A stretch of 64,000 bases of DNA, from IMG/VR virus record IMGVR_UViG_3300050343_000218; one strand, given 5' to 3'. Origin of the DNA: a virus. Under the pieces are notes generated by a model. That model had not been told where the DNA came from, did not search any database, and saw nothing but the letters and a program-made list of their open reading frames with translations. Both the position numbers and the translations under genes were made by a program. Numbering within the stretch: position 1 is the stretch's first letter; each line of letters begins with the position of its first letter. This document shows, one piece after another, positions 47,520 to 56,351 of this stretch.

Positions 47520-47782
47520 TAAAATACTCCACTTTCGATAAGGTCTGCTTCCACAGAGTCAAGGATGACATTGTAGTCATCTTCAGGGTCATCATACAAT
47601 TGGACGCCACGTTCTTCGTAGTAGCGTATTAGTTTCTGATATAAGCGAGGGTACTCTTCATCGAGAGTAACCTCACCAGAAACTGCAGCAGTCAACTTGG
47701 TAAGATCGGATTTGAACTTAATAGTCAACGACGATTTTCGTACGGACATTGTTTTGAATTCGACTTCGGCATTATAGATCAA
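47519..47782 (-). CDS. Conserved hypothetical protein
   Basis: ORF track. Confidence 0.7.
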   Translation of the reverse strand: MIYNAEVEFKTMSVRKSSLTIKFKSDLTKLTAAVSGEVTLDEEYPRLYQKLIRYYEERGVQLYDDPEDDYNVILDSVEADLIESGVF

Positions 47783-47806
47783 TGAAAGGTTCAGGTCAAG
47801 CCCCTA

Positions 47807-48010
47807 TCAGCAACCATCATTGTGATCGCAGTACATATCGTACAACTCTTCATCACCTGTTACCTGTGCTGCTTCACACAGGTCGCCAATTGGCACAGCT
47901 ACAACAGCTCTGCCATCAGGTTGCCTAACGATAAACTTTTCTCCTGACTCAATTCTATCCATATAAGAATCGAAGTCTTTTTCAAATTCTTCTACGGTAA
48001 TTTCAGTCAT
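47807..48010 (-). CDS. Phd/YefM-like antitoxin-fold protein
   Basis: ITVEEFEKDFDSYMDRIESGEKFIV..DGRAVVAVP. Confidence 0.65.
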   Translation of the reverse strand: MTEITVEEFEKDFDSYMDRIESGEKFIVRQPDGRAVVAVPIGDLCEAAQVTGDEELYDMYCDHNDGC

Positions 48011-48662
48011 TCATCAATGCTGCCCAATCAGCGTTAAACTGTTCCAAACCTTTATCAGTTAGTACGTGATCGTACATTGAATCAAAGACCTTCAGTGGCA
48101 ATGTACACACACTTGCACCGTTGTACCAGGCACGAACAGCACGAGGTACAGTGCGAATAGAAGCAGCTAGCACCTCAGTATGAACACCGTGGCGACAATA
48201 GATGTCAGAGATAGAACGAACAACTTCTAAACCAGCAATGCTTTGGTCATCCAAGCGACCTACAAATGGTGAGACATAAGAAGCTCCCGCTTTGGCAGCT
48301 AGGATCGCCTGTGCCGCGTTGAAGATCAAAGTAACGTTTACCTTAATGTCTTGCTCGCTAAGGATCTTACAGGCGAGCAGACCATCTACTGTGCAGGGAA
48401 CCTTAATCGTGATGGCAGGTCCGATAGGTATATACTTTTCCGCCATTGCCAGCAGTTCGTCAGCTGTATCGCCAGATACCTCTGCAGAAATACTAGCACG
48501 ATCGTCATCTCTGAAGATATGATTAATCTCTGTGATGACTTCGACGGGATCCCTTCCCTCTTTAAGCATAAGAGTTGGGTTGGTAGTAATACCGTCAATC
48601 AGACCTGTATAATACCTTTTTTTAATTTCTTCTACGTCAGATGTATCAAGAAAGATTTTCAT
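48003..48662 (-). CDS. talC: Transaldolase (TalC)
   Basis: IFLDT..GITTNPTL; IKVPCT..GL; NVTLIF; YVSPFVGRLDD; LAASIR. Confidence 0.97.
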   Translation of the reverse strand: MKIFLDTSDVEEIKKRYYTGLIDGITTNPTLMLKEGRDPVEVITEINHIFRDDDRASISAEVSGDTADELLAMAEKYIPIGPAITIKVPCTVDGLLACKILSEQDIKVNVTLIFNAAQAILAAKAGASYVSPFVGRLDDQSIAGLEVVRSISDIYCRHGVHTEVLAASIRTVPRAVRAWYNGASVCTLPLKVFDSMYDHVLTDKGLEQFNADWAALMND

Positions 48663-49270
48663 TTATGTGTCCAAGTGTACCATTGATTAGTGGTTCTTAT
48701 TCGCCCTTCGGGATCTCTTGAAGGAATAAAGCAATCGAAAGCTGCAGACACACGAACACCTTCACCTTTGTACGAACGTACAGCGTGGGGAAGAGATGGT
48801 GGGAAGAGGGTAAATTGCCCAAACTCGTTGGGTATATCTATTTTTTCCCCACCTAAAATATATGTAGTAGCTGTAGGATTTTCAGAACCCAAGAAGAGAT
48901 TACCTGATACACTTTGAGGGTTAGTATCGTAGTTATCAGGTGTACCGAAGTGACGATGAGGAAAGATTTTATTATCCATCCTCAAGATATTTCCCCAAGA
49001 TTGATAGTGAACTACCTCTCCTGGTGTCAGTGTTAGAAAGTCAGCAACAATTTCTTTAACACGTGGGAAACAATAATCTTCCCACGTCTCAAGATCGTGT
49101 AATAGATTATAGTACTGTTGCTTTCCTGTGATTTGATCTTCGGGATAATTGAAGATTGATTTGCCAAGACTGATAAGACCAGGCTCAGATTCCAGTAGAC
49201 TTTCACGTAGTATTATAGCAGTTTTTTCGTCTAAAAGATACTGCTTAATACCAAAGTCATCTAGTTTCAA
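48659..49270 (-). CDS. 2OG-Fe(II) oxygenase
   Basis: SWGN..HRH..SGNLF..LFPPSLPH..RVSAAFD. Confidence 0.8.
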   Translation of the reverse strand: MKLDDFGIKQYLLDEKTAIILRESLLESEPGLISLGKSIFNYPEDQITGKQQYYNLLHDLETWEDYCFPRVKEIVADFLTLTPGEVVHYQSWGNILRMDNKIFPHRHFGTPDNYDTNPQSVSGNLFLGSENPTATTYILGGEKIDIPNEFGQFTLFPPSLPHAVRSYKGEGVRVSAAFDCFIPSRDPEGRIRTTNQWYTWTHK

Positions 49271-49514
49271 AATTCATTCTCCTGATCTTTCTCTGCTTAC
49301 GATTCTCCTGAAACTGCTTGTCATTTTCTGACAGTACCCCAGGAGTCGTTCCAGCTTGAAACTTATCTTGAGAAACTATTTCAATGAGAGACAGGTCGTT
49401 ACCAGAAATGGTAGTACCAGTAACTGTAGACATATTAGGACATCCACAGCATTTCGTTTCGATAGTATAGCTGGTCAGCTCTTTATTGCATTGTTTGCAT
49501 CTGATAGTAAGCAT
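49257..49514 (-). CDS. Small Zn-ribbon hypothetical protein
   Basis: CKQC...CCGCPN. Confidence 0.7.
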   Translation of the reverse strand: MLTIRCKQCNKELTSYTIETKCCGCPNMSTVTGTTISGNDLSLIEIVSQDKFQAGTTPGVLSENDKQFQENRKQRKIRRMNFETR

Positions 49515-50324
49515 TTATTTTTTCCATATGAATGAAAAGGGACATTTAGATTCTTCCTCTACATCATCCTTGATCATAGACCAGGATTTATTTGGCAACC
49601 AATTCTTAATACCTTGGTTCAATCTAAATTTACGTTGCACTTCCATAGGGGGTTCAATCCCTTCCCAGCGCTGTAGTTCGTAGCTATTATCTTTAGATCC
49701 ACGAAATCTAACACAGTAAAGAGGGGTGCCACGTGGGACATTCACCTCTGTCTTGTGACAACGATAGGCACCATTGATTGATCTATACCACCTACCTAAA
49801 GGAAGTTCAGCTGTAATCAATTCCATCCCTGTCTTATGATGAAGTTCAGGATGGGGTATCATCTCGACCCAAAGATTTTTATTTGGTTTTTGTGGCCAAA
49901 ACATCATACTTTGCGCCCATTGAATGACAAGAAAGTCTTTAAAGTTATAAGGATTTGAAGACTTCGCACTGTCGTAAGATTGTATCTTACCTTCTTGCAC
50001 AAACATATAGTCTGCACAATTTTCTCTGGGAAAGCTGGTGTCATAGACTAAACCATCTGACTTCTGCCACTTGAATTTTATATCAAGTTGATTGAATACA
50101 ACAAAAGTATTAGCCCAATACTGTTTCCAAGCAGGACACTTGTAGTATGAATTTTTTTGATGTTCCTCTTTGTGATACTCTATGTATTTCTGAGGAGGAA
50201 GATAGTACTCAGGAATGAATAGAGGGTGATGCATATCTGTCTGAGCAGGACTATTAGTTGCTTTGACAGTTTGATAGTTAGGGTTGTAAAAAATCTTAGT
50301 CATTTCCAGAATTTCATAGGACAC
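49515..50324 (-). CDS. Hypothetical protein, paralog of 50300-51097
   Basis: HP..PPQ..CPAW..YWANT..P.GRW.R..N..RG.PLY..RFRG. Confidence 0.75.
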   Translation of the reverse strand: MSYEILEMTKIFYNPNYQTVKATNSPAQTDMHHPLFIPEYYLPPQKYIEYHKEEHQKNSYYKCPAWKQYWANTFVVFNQLDIKFKWQKSDGLVYDTSFPRENCADYMFVQEGKIQSYDSAKSSNPYNFKDFLVIQWAQSMMFWPQKPNKNLWVEMIPHPELHHKTGMELITAELPLGRWYRSINGAYRCHKTEVNVPRGTPLYCVRFRGSKDNSYELQRWEGIEPPMEVQRKFRLNQGIKNWLPNKSWSMIKDDVEEESKCPFSFIWKK

Positions 50325-51097
50325 TTAGAAGGGTCGTCTTTCTTGAAAAGGTTCCAAGATCCACCAGGCACCCATTGTTTAAAAGCTTGATGTTGATTCA
50401 ATCTAATCTGCAATTCTTTTGGTGGTTTTGGTTCCGCCCATCTTCTCAAATTATATGCGTTGTTCTTACCACCTCTAAACCTCATAGTGTATAGGGGTTG
50501 CCCTCGTTTAATGTTAACCTTACTACCGTGTGCTTTAAATGCAGGATTAGCAGGACGATGCCACCTACCAATTGGATACTCTACACTGATAAACTCAAGC
50601 CCTGTATCGTGAAAAGTATCTGGCCAAGAATTCAATTCAATCCAGACGTTTCTTTCCTTTTTAGGCAACCACATAAAGAGCAGTTGAGGCATTTGAAAAA
50701 CTAGATTGCCTTGATATTGACAACCAATATAACTACTGCTCCACAACACACCGTCTTCATAGATTTTACCTTCATTAATGGTGATGTGATCTCGGAAACC
50801 TTTTCCCTGAAAGTTTGTCTTATTAATAAGACCGCTCTTCATATCATATTCTAGATACAAATCAGTCTGACTGAACACAACCCACGTATTCGCCCAATAA
50901 CTCCTCCAAGCAGGGCATTCATCATAGCTGTGACCCTTATGCTCTTCAGCAGCATAGTCTAGAGCACGCTGAGGAGGGATAAAAGCGTGTTCAGAATGCA
51001 AAGGGTGGTCCCAGATGCAGGTATTGACTCTAGGATCTTGCTCAATATATCCTACTGGAGGATGATAACAAGGAGCGTAATTAATTTTAGTTGCCAT
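50300..51097 (-). CDS. Hypothetical protein, paralog of 49515-50324
   Basis: Same motif series as its neighbour. Confidence 0.75.
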   Translation of the reverse strand: MATKINYAPCYHPPVGYIEQDPRVNTCIWDHPLHSEHAFIPPQRALDYAAEEHKGHSYDECPAWRSYWANTWVVFSQTDLYLEYDMKSGLINKTNFQGKGFRDHITINEGKIYEDGVLWSSSYIGCQYQGNLVFQMPQLLFMWLPKKERNVWIELNSWPDTFHDTGLEFISVEYPIGRWHRPANPAFKAHGSKVNIKRGQPLYTMRFRGGKNNAYNLRRWAEPKPPKELQIRLNQHQAFKQWVPGGSWNLFKKDDPSKCPMKFWK

Positions 51098-51098
51098 A

Positions 51099-51647
51099 TC
51101 AAGTGCGGGAGGATCCGAACATCCTCATATCTAAGTCTGGGTCAGTAACGTTTTCGTATTTAATAGCATAGGTGTAGCGAACGTTCTCAGAGAATGGAGT
51201 TGCCCTATGCCAGATAGCACCATCAAAACAAACAGCTCTATTAGGTAAAGGCAATGAACCATAGGTATGATCTTCACACCAGAACTCAGTGCATCCACCT
51301 TCGTTTCTTTCCCAATGATGTTGAGGGTAGTACAACACAGTGTAAGCTTCTAGTCCATCAACAGGGACAGTATCGAAGTGCCATCTAGGACACTCACCAG
51401 GAAAGAATACATTCACATACATACGAATGCAATCAAAGTCTTTTGTCAAGCAACTGAAACTATCTCTAGCAACTTGATCAAACTTTTTATAGATTGGTTC
51501 GTGTTCTCTAATGTTTACCGTAAGACCAGTAGGTCTATCAGGTCTGTCATCATATTCACCCCAACGTGCTGAGGTATTGGAAGCATACAAGTAAGACTTA
51601 TAGTGATGCTTGTCTTCCAGAAAATTGTCTTTTGTGTATAATTCCAT
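51099..51647 (-). CDS. 2OG-Fe(II) oxygenase (HxD)
   Basis: RMYVN..HFD..TVLYY..EGGCT..FDGAIWH..R. Confidence 0.85.
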   Translation of the reverse strand: MELYTKDNFLEDKHHYKSYLYASNTSARWGEYDDRPDRPTGLTVNIREHEPIYKKFDQVARDSFSCLTKDFDCIRMYVNVFFPGECPRWHFDTVPVDGLEAYTVLYYPQHHWERNEGGCTEFWCEDHTYGSLPLPNRAVCFDGAIWHRATPFSENVRYTYAIKYENVTDPDLDMRMFGSSRT

Positions 51648-51649
51648 AA

Positions 51650-51722
51650 CAGGTCAGGTAGGACTCGAACCTACAATCGGCAACTTAGAAGGTTGATGCA
51701 TTATCCATTATGCTACTGACCC
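51650..51722 (-). tRNA. trnR: tRNA-Arg (TCT)
   Basis: GGGTCAG/CTGACCT acceptor; GCAT/ATGC D stem; CAAC-CT TCT AA-GTTG; GTAGG-TTCGAGT-CCTAC. Confidence 0.93.
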
Positions 51723-51750
51723 AAAAAAGAAGAGATCAATTGATCTCTTC
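51723..51750 (-). terminator. 22-nt perfect palindrome plus T6 immediately 5' of tRNA-Arg
   Basis: gaagagatcaattgatctcttc followed by TTTTTT. Confidence 0.6.
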
Positions 51751-51864
51751 GTCAAGCCATTCGCTGAATTCTTCTATAAGTGCGATGCAGGATTGAGCGT
51801 CGTTACGCTCTGAGTGATAATCTAATCGCTCGATAATGTACTTACTAATTTCACTCTGATTCAT
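51736..51864 (-). CDS. Small hypothetical protein (42 aa)
   Basis: Manual translation MNQSEISKYIIERLDYH...EEIN. Confidence 0.6.
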   Translation of the reverse strand: MNQSEISKYIIERLDYHSERNDAQSCIALIEEFSEWLDEEIN

Positions 51865-52300
51865 AGTAGTCTTTTCGATAGTACCTCCCGAGGATGTTGC
51901 TATTATAGAAGGCAGGGATGCCGTCTGTCAAGCTCTCGGTAAGAACGTTATTAATGAAGAGTTGGCGGGTCTCTTCGTAGTTGACTCGCCCTGGAGTGGT
52001 GTGTAAGGAGAGGATTTCTCTAGCAAAAGACTCCCGTCCATACGTTCGTACATCTTCTGTAAGCTCTGGACAACTTCCATAGTACTTTCTCCAGTTACTT
52101 TCACTTGTAACTCTTCGCCGCTTTGCAGTACCACCTGTATCTCTAGGCTTTCGTTTTTGCCAGAAGTATTTTCTACCGATGTAGGAACGGTTGGTGGTGC
52201 TACAGGTGATTTTGTAGACAAACCCGTAGTTGTCCCCAATAAGAGACCCATCAAAGACGCTCCCACGATACATCCAGGGATTTGGATACGGTTCACCCAT
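51851..52300 (-). CDS. GIY-YIG endonuclease
   Basis: GFVYKIT..YIGRK..Y.GS..E..YN. Confidence 0.85.
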   Translation of the reverse strand: MGEPYPNPWMYRGSVFDGSLIGDNYGFVYKITCSTTNRSYIGRKYFWQKRKPRDTGGTAKRRRVTSESNWRKYYGSCPELTEDVRTYGRESFAREILSLHTTPGRVNYEETRQLFINNVLTESLTDGIPAFYNSNILGRYYRKDYYESE

Positions 52301-52309
52301 TTCATAATC

Positions 52310-52747
52310 TTAAATTCTCTCATTGATATTTAGTATGGTTTGGTAAACGTGGATTGTGTTTTGCAAGGGGATGTCAATCTCCTTGTGCTGCTCTATTATA
52401 TTACAATAATCCAACCAGCGCAAGGAAGTCTTGAGAGGTTCATCAAACTCAACACCGCCCATAAACCTCACTCTTCTCTCTCCCCTGGTCTCGCAGAAAT
52501 TGTATACTATTTCCTCTGATTGCTCACCAATATTACGGCGAACAGCTTCTCTAGTTATCACTAAACCAGGTACATAAAATTCTGTACCATATATTGCGTG
52601 AAAAAGACCTGCACGTTGTTCGTGTTCAGGTCTTTTATAGTCGTGTAGTAGTTTGTATACTCCGATAAGATGTGCCAGAAGGTTCCTACTATCGTGAGGT
52701 ATCTGTTCACATCCTATCTTACGTAGGAACTCAATCTCCTTTTCCAT
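52310..52747 (-). CDS. HD-like domain protein (DUF6817-like)
   Basis: PH..LLAHLIGV..AGLFHAIYGTE. Confidence 0.7.
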   Translation of the reverse strand: MEKEIEFLRKIGCEQIPHDSRNLLAHLIGVYKLLHDYKRPEHEQRAGLFHAIYGTEFYVPGLVITREAVRRNIGEQSEEIVYNFCETRGERRVRFMGGVEFDEPLKTSLRWLDYCNIIEQHKEIDIPLQNTIHVYQTILNINERI

Positions 52748-52892
52748 TTGGTTGCCGTAGATAACGATACTTCAATGCAGACAACCGCCAAGCTTGCGCT
52801 AAGGACTTAGGTCCCTTCTTAAGAAGAGTTTCCTCTTCCTCAGTGAGAGGGAACCTTTTGTCTAACAACATTCTGCGTTTCCAATAAGGCAT
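52731..52892 (-). CDS. Small hypothetical protein (53 aa)
   Basis: Manual translation MPYWKRRML...GPKSLAQAWRL; TAATG-coupled to nrdB. Confidence 0.65.
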   Translation of the reverse strand: MPYWKRRMLLDKRFPLTEEEETLLKKGPKSLAQAWRLSALKYRYLRQPNGKGD

Positions 52893-54052
52893 TACAGAGA
52901 AAATCCAGCAAAAGTATCAGCTTTGACATCTTGTTTGATGCCACCGATAAGATAAGACTCAACCTCTGTCTCCTGTGGTGCCACCTGCATACCCTTAGAA
53001 GAGATCCAATGCTCTGTCCAGGGCAGAGGATTGTTGCTAGCAGGAACATCATAAACAGGTTTGATACCAATCGACTTCATACGACGATTGGCAATCCACT
53101 CAACATACTGAGCAAGAAGACGGTCATTCAGACCTAGCATCGATCCATCTTTGAACAGATACTTTGCCCATTCTTTCTCCTCATCAACACATTTTTTAAA
53201 GCAAGAAAGAGTATACTCCTCTTCTTCTTTAGCAATCTCTACCATCTCAGGGTCGTCCCCTTGCTGCCACTTTTTGATAATGTTTTGAGTGAGGACAAGA
53301 TGCTGGTTTTCGTCTCTGGCGATGAAAGAGATAATTTTAGCTGATCCTTCCATAAGTTTGAGTTCAGCAAATGCGAAAGAGCACGCAAACGAGACATAGA
53401 ATCTAATCCCTTCCAAGATGTTGACATTGATAACTGCACGATAGAGTTTACGTTTAAGATCGCGGAGAGTCCACTGCGAAGTGGGAGAATCTTTGAAATC
53501 ATCTCTCCAAAGGTTGCCTGTACCATACTCCTGCGCCGCATTGATGAAGTCATCATAAGCTGCAGTGACAGACTTTGCTCTCTCTATGATTCTAGCGTCA
53601 TTTGTGATGTGGTCAAGTACCTCAGCAGGATCACTATAGACATTCTTAATGATGTAGGTGTAGGAGCGACTATGAATCATCTCCATCATACCCCACACGG
53701 TCATTGCTGACTCAAGTTCGGGTAAGCTACAATAAGGACCAAAAGCCATCCCAGGACCACGCCCTTGTACAGAATCCAAAAGGATCTGATACTTAAGATT
53801 GGAGGTAAAGATGTGCTTTTGTACATCATTGAGTGTCTGATAGTCAGATCTATCTTTCTGGAGAGAGACTTCCTCGGGTCTCCAGAAATAACTGAGCTGT
53901 GTCTGAGTAAGTTTTTCAAACACAGGATACTTTTGAGTATCATATCTTTGAACACCAAGTGGGCGTCCAAAGAACATTGGTTGCGAAGTATAATCGACAG
54001 CATTTTGATTAAAAACGGTCATTCCTTCTACTTTAGATGGTGCAACTGTCAC
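52892..54052 (-). CDS. nrdB: Class Ia ribonucleotide reductase beta subunit
   Basis: FWRPEE; LDSVQGR; EMIHSRSY; EGIRFY; RDENQH. Confidence 0.97.
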   Translation of the reverse strand: MTVAPSKVEGMTVFNQNAVDYTSQPMFFGRPLGVQRYDTQKYPVFEKLTQTQLSYFWRPEEVSLQKDRSDYQTLNDVQKHIFTSNLKYQILLDSVQGRGPGMAFGPYCSLPELESAMTVWGMMEMIHSRSYTYIIKNVYSDPAEVLDHITNDARIIERAKSVTAAYDDFINAAQEYGTGNLWRDDFKDSPTSQWTLRDLKRKLYRAVINVNILEGIRFYVSFACSFAFAELKLMEGSAKIISFIARDENQHLVLTQNIIKKWQQGDDPEMVEIAKEEEEYTLSCFKKCVDEEKEWAKYLFKDGSMLGLNDRLLAQYVEWIANRRMKSIGIKPVYDVPASNNPLPWTEHWISSKGMQVAPQETEVESYLIGGIKQDVKADTFAGFSL

Positions 54053-56351
54053 AGTCTTCTCCTTCCGTTTGTAATATTTGTTCTAACAAAGTTTTCTCAT
54101 CAGGCACATCATCTGTTTTGTTGTCGTATGTGTTTTGATAGTAAGAAGTCTTCCATCCATACTTGTAAGTCTTCAGGAGATCCTGTGCCATTACGGAAAC
54201 AGGGACTTCACCGTTATCATAGTGAGCTGGATTGTAACTCCAGTTGCCAGAAATTCCTTGGTCAAAGAATTTTTGGAGAATAGCAACGACTTTGATGTAA
54301 CCATCATTGTCAGGCATATCCCATAGCAGGGTATAGTCGTTCTTGTGCTTCACATACTGAGGCACAATCGTTTTAAGGACACCCTTCTTACTCTTCTTGA
54401 CCGTGAGATAGTCACGAGGAGGTTCGATACCATTCGTAGTGCCACAGACGACGCTAGAGGACTCCGAGGGCATCTGAGCAGTCAGTGTGGAGTTGCGAAG
54501 ACCGTGGTTCCAGATCTCGTCACCAAGTGCTGCCCAATCCATCTTAAGCTCAAACTTTTGGTTCTTGTCATCATAACAAAACTCGTCAATATCAGTCTTA
54601 TATGTATCGACAGGCATAACCTTACGGGAATACTTTGTCTGTTCAAATGCCTCACAAGGACCATACTCTTTAGCAAGTTGCATCGATGCTTCCAGCAAAT
54701 AGAATTGGAATCTCTCTGCCAAAATGTGCACTGACTTGTGTGCTTCCCAAGAATCGTATTTGAATCCAAGTTTAGCAAGGTAGTGTGCCAAACCAATGAA
54801 ACCAATACCTAGGGAACGACGTTGACGGGTGGAGTTTTCTGCAGCTTTGACAGGATACTGTTGATAATCAATCAATACATCCAAGGATCTTACCGACAGT
54901 TCACAGAGACGACGGAGATGATCCCAATCTCTCAGTTTGCTGAGGTTAACAGCAGACAGAATACACAGTGCAATTTCACCGTGACCATCAATATGCTGCA
55001 GAGGATCCGTAGGCAGTGTAATTTCCTGACACAGGTTACTCATCTTGATAGGAGTATCAAAAGAAGAGTGATCGTTGCAATGATCGATATTCATAATATA
55101 GATACGACCAGTCTCAGCACGTTCCTTAAGCAAAGACAAGAACAGTTCTTGAGCTTTGACAGTCTTCTTAGGAATCAACTCGTTAGCCTCAGCTTCCAAG
55201 TACATATTATCAAAGGACTCGCTACCAAATTCCTCATACATTTCAGGAACGTCGTGGGGACTGAAGAGTGTGATGTCTTCGTTGTTAATGAAACGTTGGT
55301 AGAACAGTTTAGAAATCTGAATAGAGTAGTCCAGTTTACGGACACGGTTATCTTCAGTTCCTTTGTTGTTCTTAAGAACTAGGATGTCTTGGATTTCTTG
55401 GTGCCAGATTGGGAAGTGGACTGTTGCTGATCCTCCACGAATCCCATTTTGCGTGCAGCATCGTACAGTTGATTCAAATTTTTTAAGGAAAGGAACAACA
55501 CCCGTGTGTTGAACTTCTCCACCTCTGATTTTACTGTTGATGCCACGGATTCTGCCTGCGTTAATACCGATACCTGCCCTTTGTGCAACATATTTGCCAA
55601 TAGCCATATCGCTAGTAAAGATACTATCGAGGGTGTCATCAGCATCAATAAGAACACAGCTTGCGAATTGCCTAATAGGTGTTCGCACTCCCGCCATAAT
55701 TGGCGTTGGGAGGTTGAGCTGGTGTTTGGAGATTGCATCGTAGTAATCCTTTACGTACTTGAGACGAGTTTCTTTCGGATAAACAGAAAAGATCGTAGCG
55801 GCAATCAGCACATACATCTGCTGAGGAGACTCATAGATCTCCCCACTACTACGGTCCTGTACAAGATACTTATCGGAAACCTGACGGAGACCAGCATAAG
55901 TAAACAGCATATCACGTTCGTAATCAATATAATTATTGATTCGATCCCACTCAATATCATTATAAGCATTCACAAGAGTGCTGTCGTAGACACCCTTCCT
56001 AGCACCATCGAGTAGATGCTGAAAAATATGGGGAGGTTTTCTATTTCTACCATACAACTTCTTGCGAATAGAAATACTAAGCAAACGTGCTGCAACGTAT
56101 TGATAGTTAGGATTCTCAAGGGTAATCAAATCAGATGCAGAACGAATCAAGATATCTTGAATCTGTTCAGTAGTGATACCATCATAAAATTGAATGCCAG
56201 ATTGAATCTCAACCTGAGAAGCACTTACACCAGAGAGTCCGAGGCAAGCTTCCTCTACCATAATATGAATCTTTTCTAGATTCAGTGATTCGGGAAGTCC
56301 ATTTCTCTTAACAACTGTAAGTTCTTCAGTGGGGGTCATACTCGTTTCCAT
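54033..56351 (-). CDS. nrdA: Class Ia ribonucleotide reductase alpha subunit
   Basis: ATP-cone VVKRNG; FASCVL; SNLCQEI; ALCIL; terminal CDSC; no intein seen. Confidence 0.97.
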   Translation of the reverse strand: METSMTPTEELTVVKRNGLPESLNLEKIHIMVEEACLGLSGVSASQVEIQSGIQFYDGITTEQIQDILIRSASDLITLENPNYQYVAARLLSISIRKKLYGRNRKPPHIFQHLLDGARKGVYDSTLVNAYNDIEWDRINNYIDYERDMLFTYAGLRQVSDKYLVQDRSSGEIYESPQQMYVLIAATIFSVYPKETRLKYVKDYYDAISKHQLNLPTPIMAGVRTPIRQFASCVLIDADDTLDSIFTSDMAIGKYVAQRAGIGINAGRIRGINSKIRGGEVQHTGVVPFLKKFESTVRCCTQNGIRGGSATVHFPIWHQEIQDILVLKNNKGTEDNRVRKLDYSIQISKLFYQRFINNEDITLFSPHDVPEMYEEFGSESFDNMYLEAEANELIPKKTVKAQELFLSLLKERAETGRIYIMNIDHCNDHSSFDTPIKMSNLCQEITLPTDPLQHIDGHGEIALCILSAVNLSKLRDWDHLRRLCELSVRSLDVLIDYQQYPVKAAENSTRQRRSLGIGFIGLAHYLAKLGFKYDSWEAHKSVHILAERFQFYLLEASMQLAKEYGPCEAFEQTKYSRKVMPVDTYKTDIDEFCYDDKNQKFELKMDWAALGDEIWNHGLRNSTLTAQMPSESSSVVCGTTNGIEPPRDYLTVKKSKKGVLKTIVPQYVKHKNDYTLLWDMPDNDGYIKVVAILQKFFDQGISGNWSYNPAHYDNGEVPVSVMAQDLLKTYKYGWKTSYYQNTYDNKTDDVPDEKTLLEQILQTEGEDCDSCTI

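Noticed and set aside
52892-56351. Intein or intron in nrdA/nrdB
   Set aside because: Lengths and motif spacing are normal, and no splicing motifs were seen.
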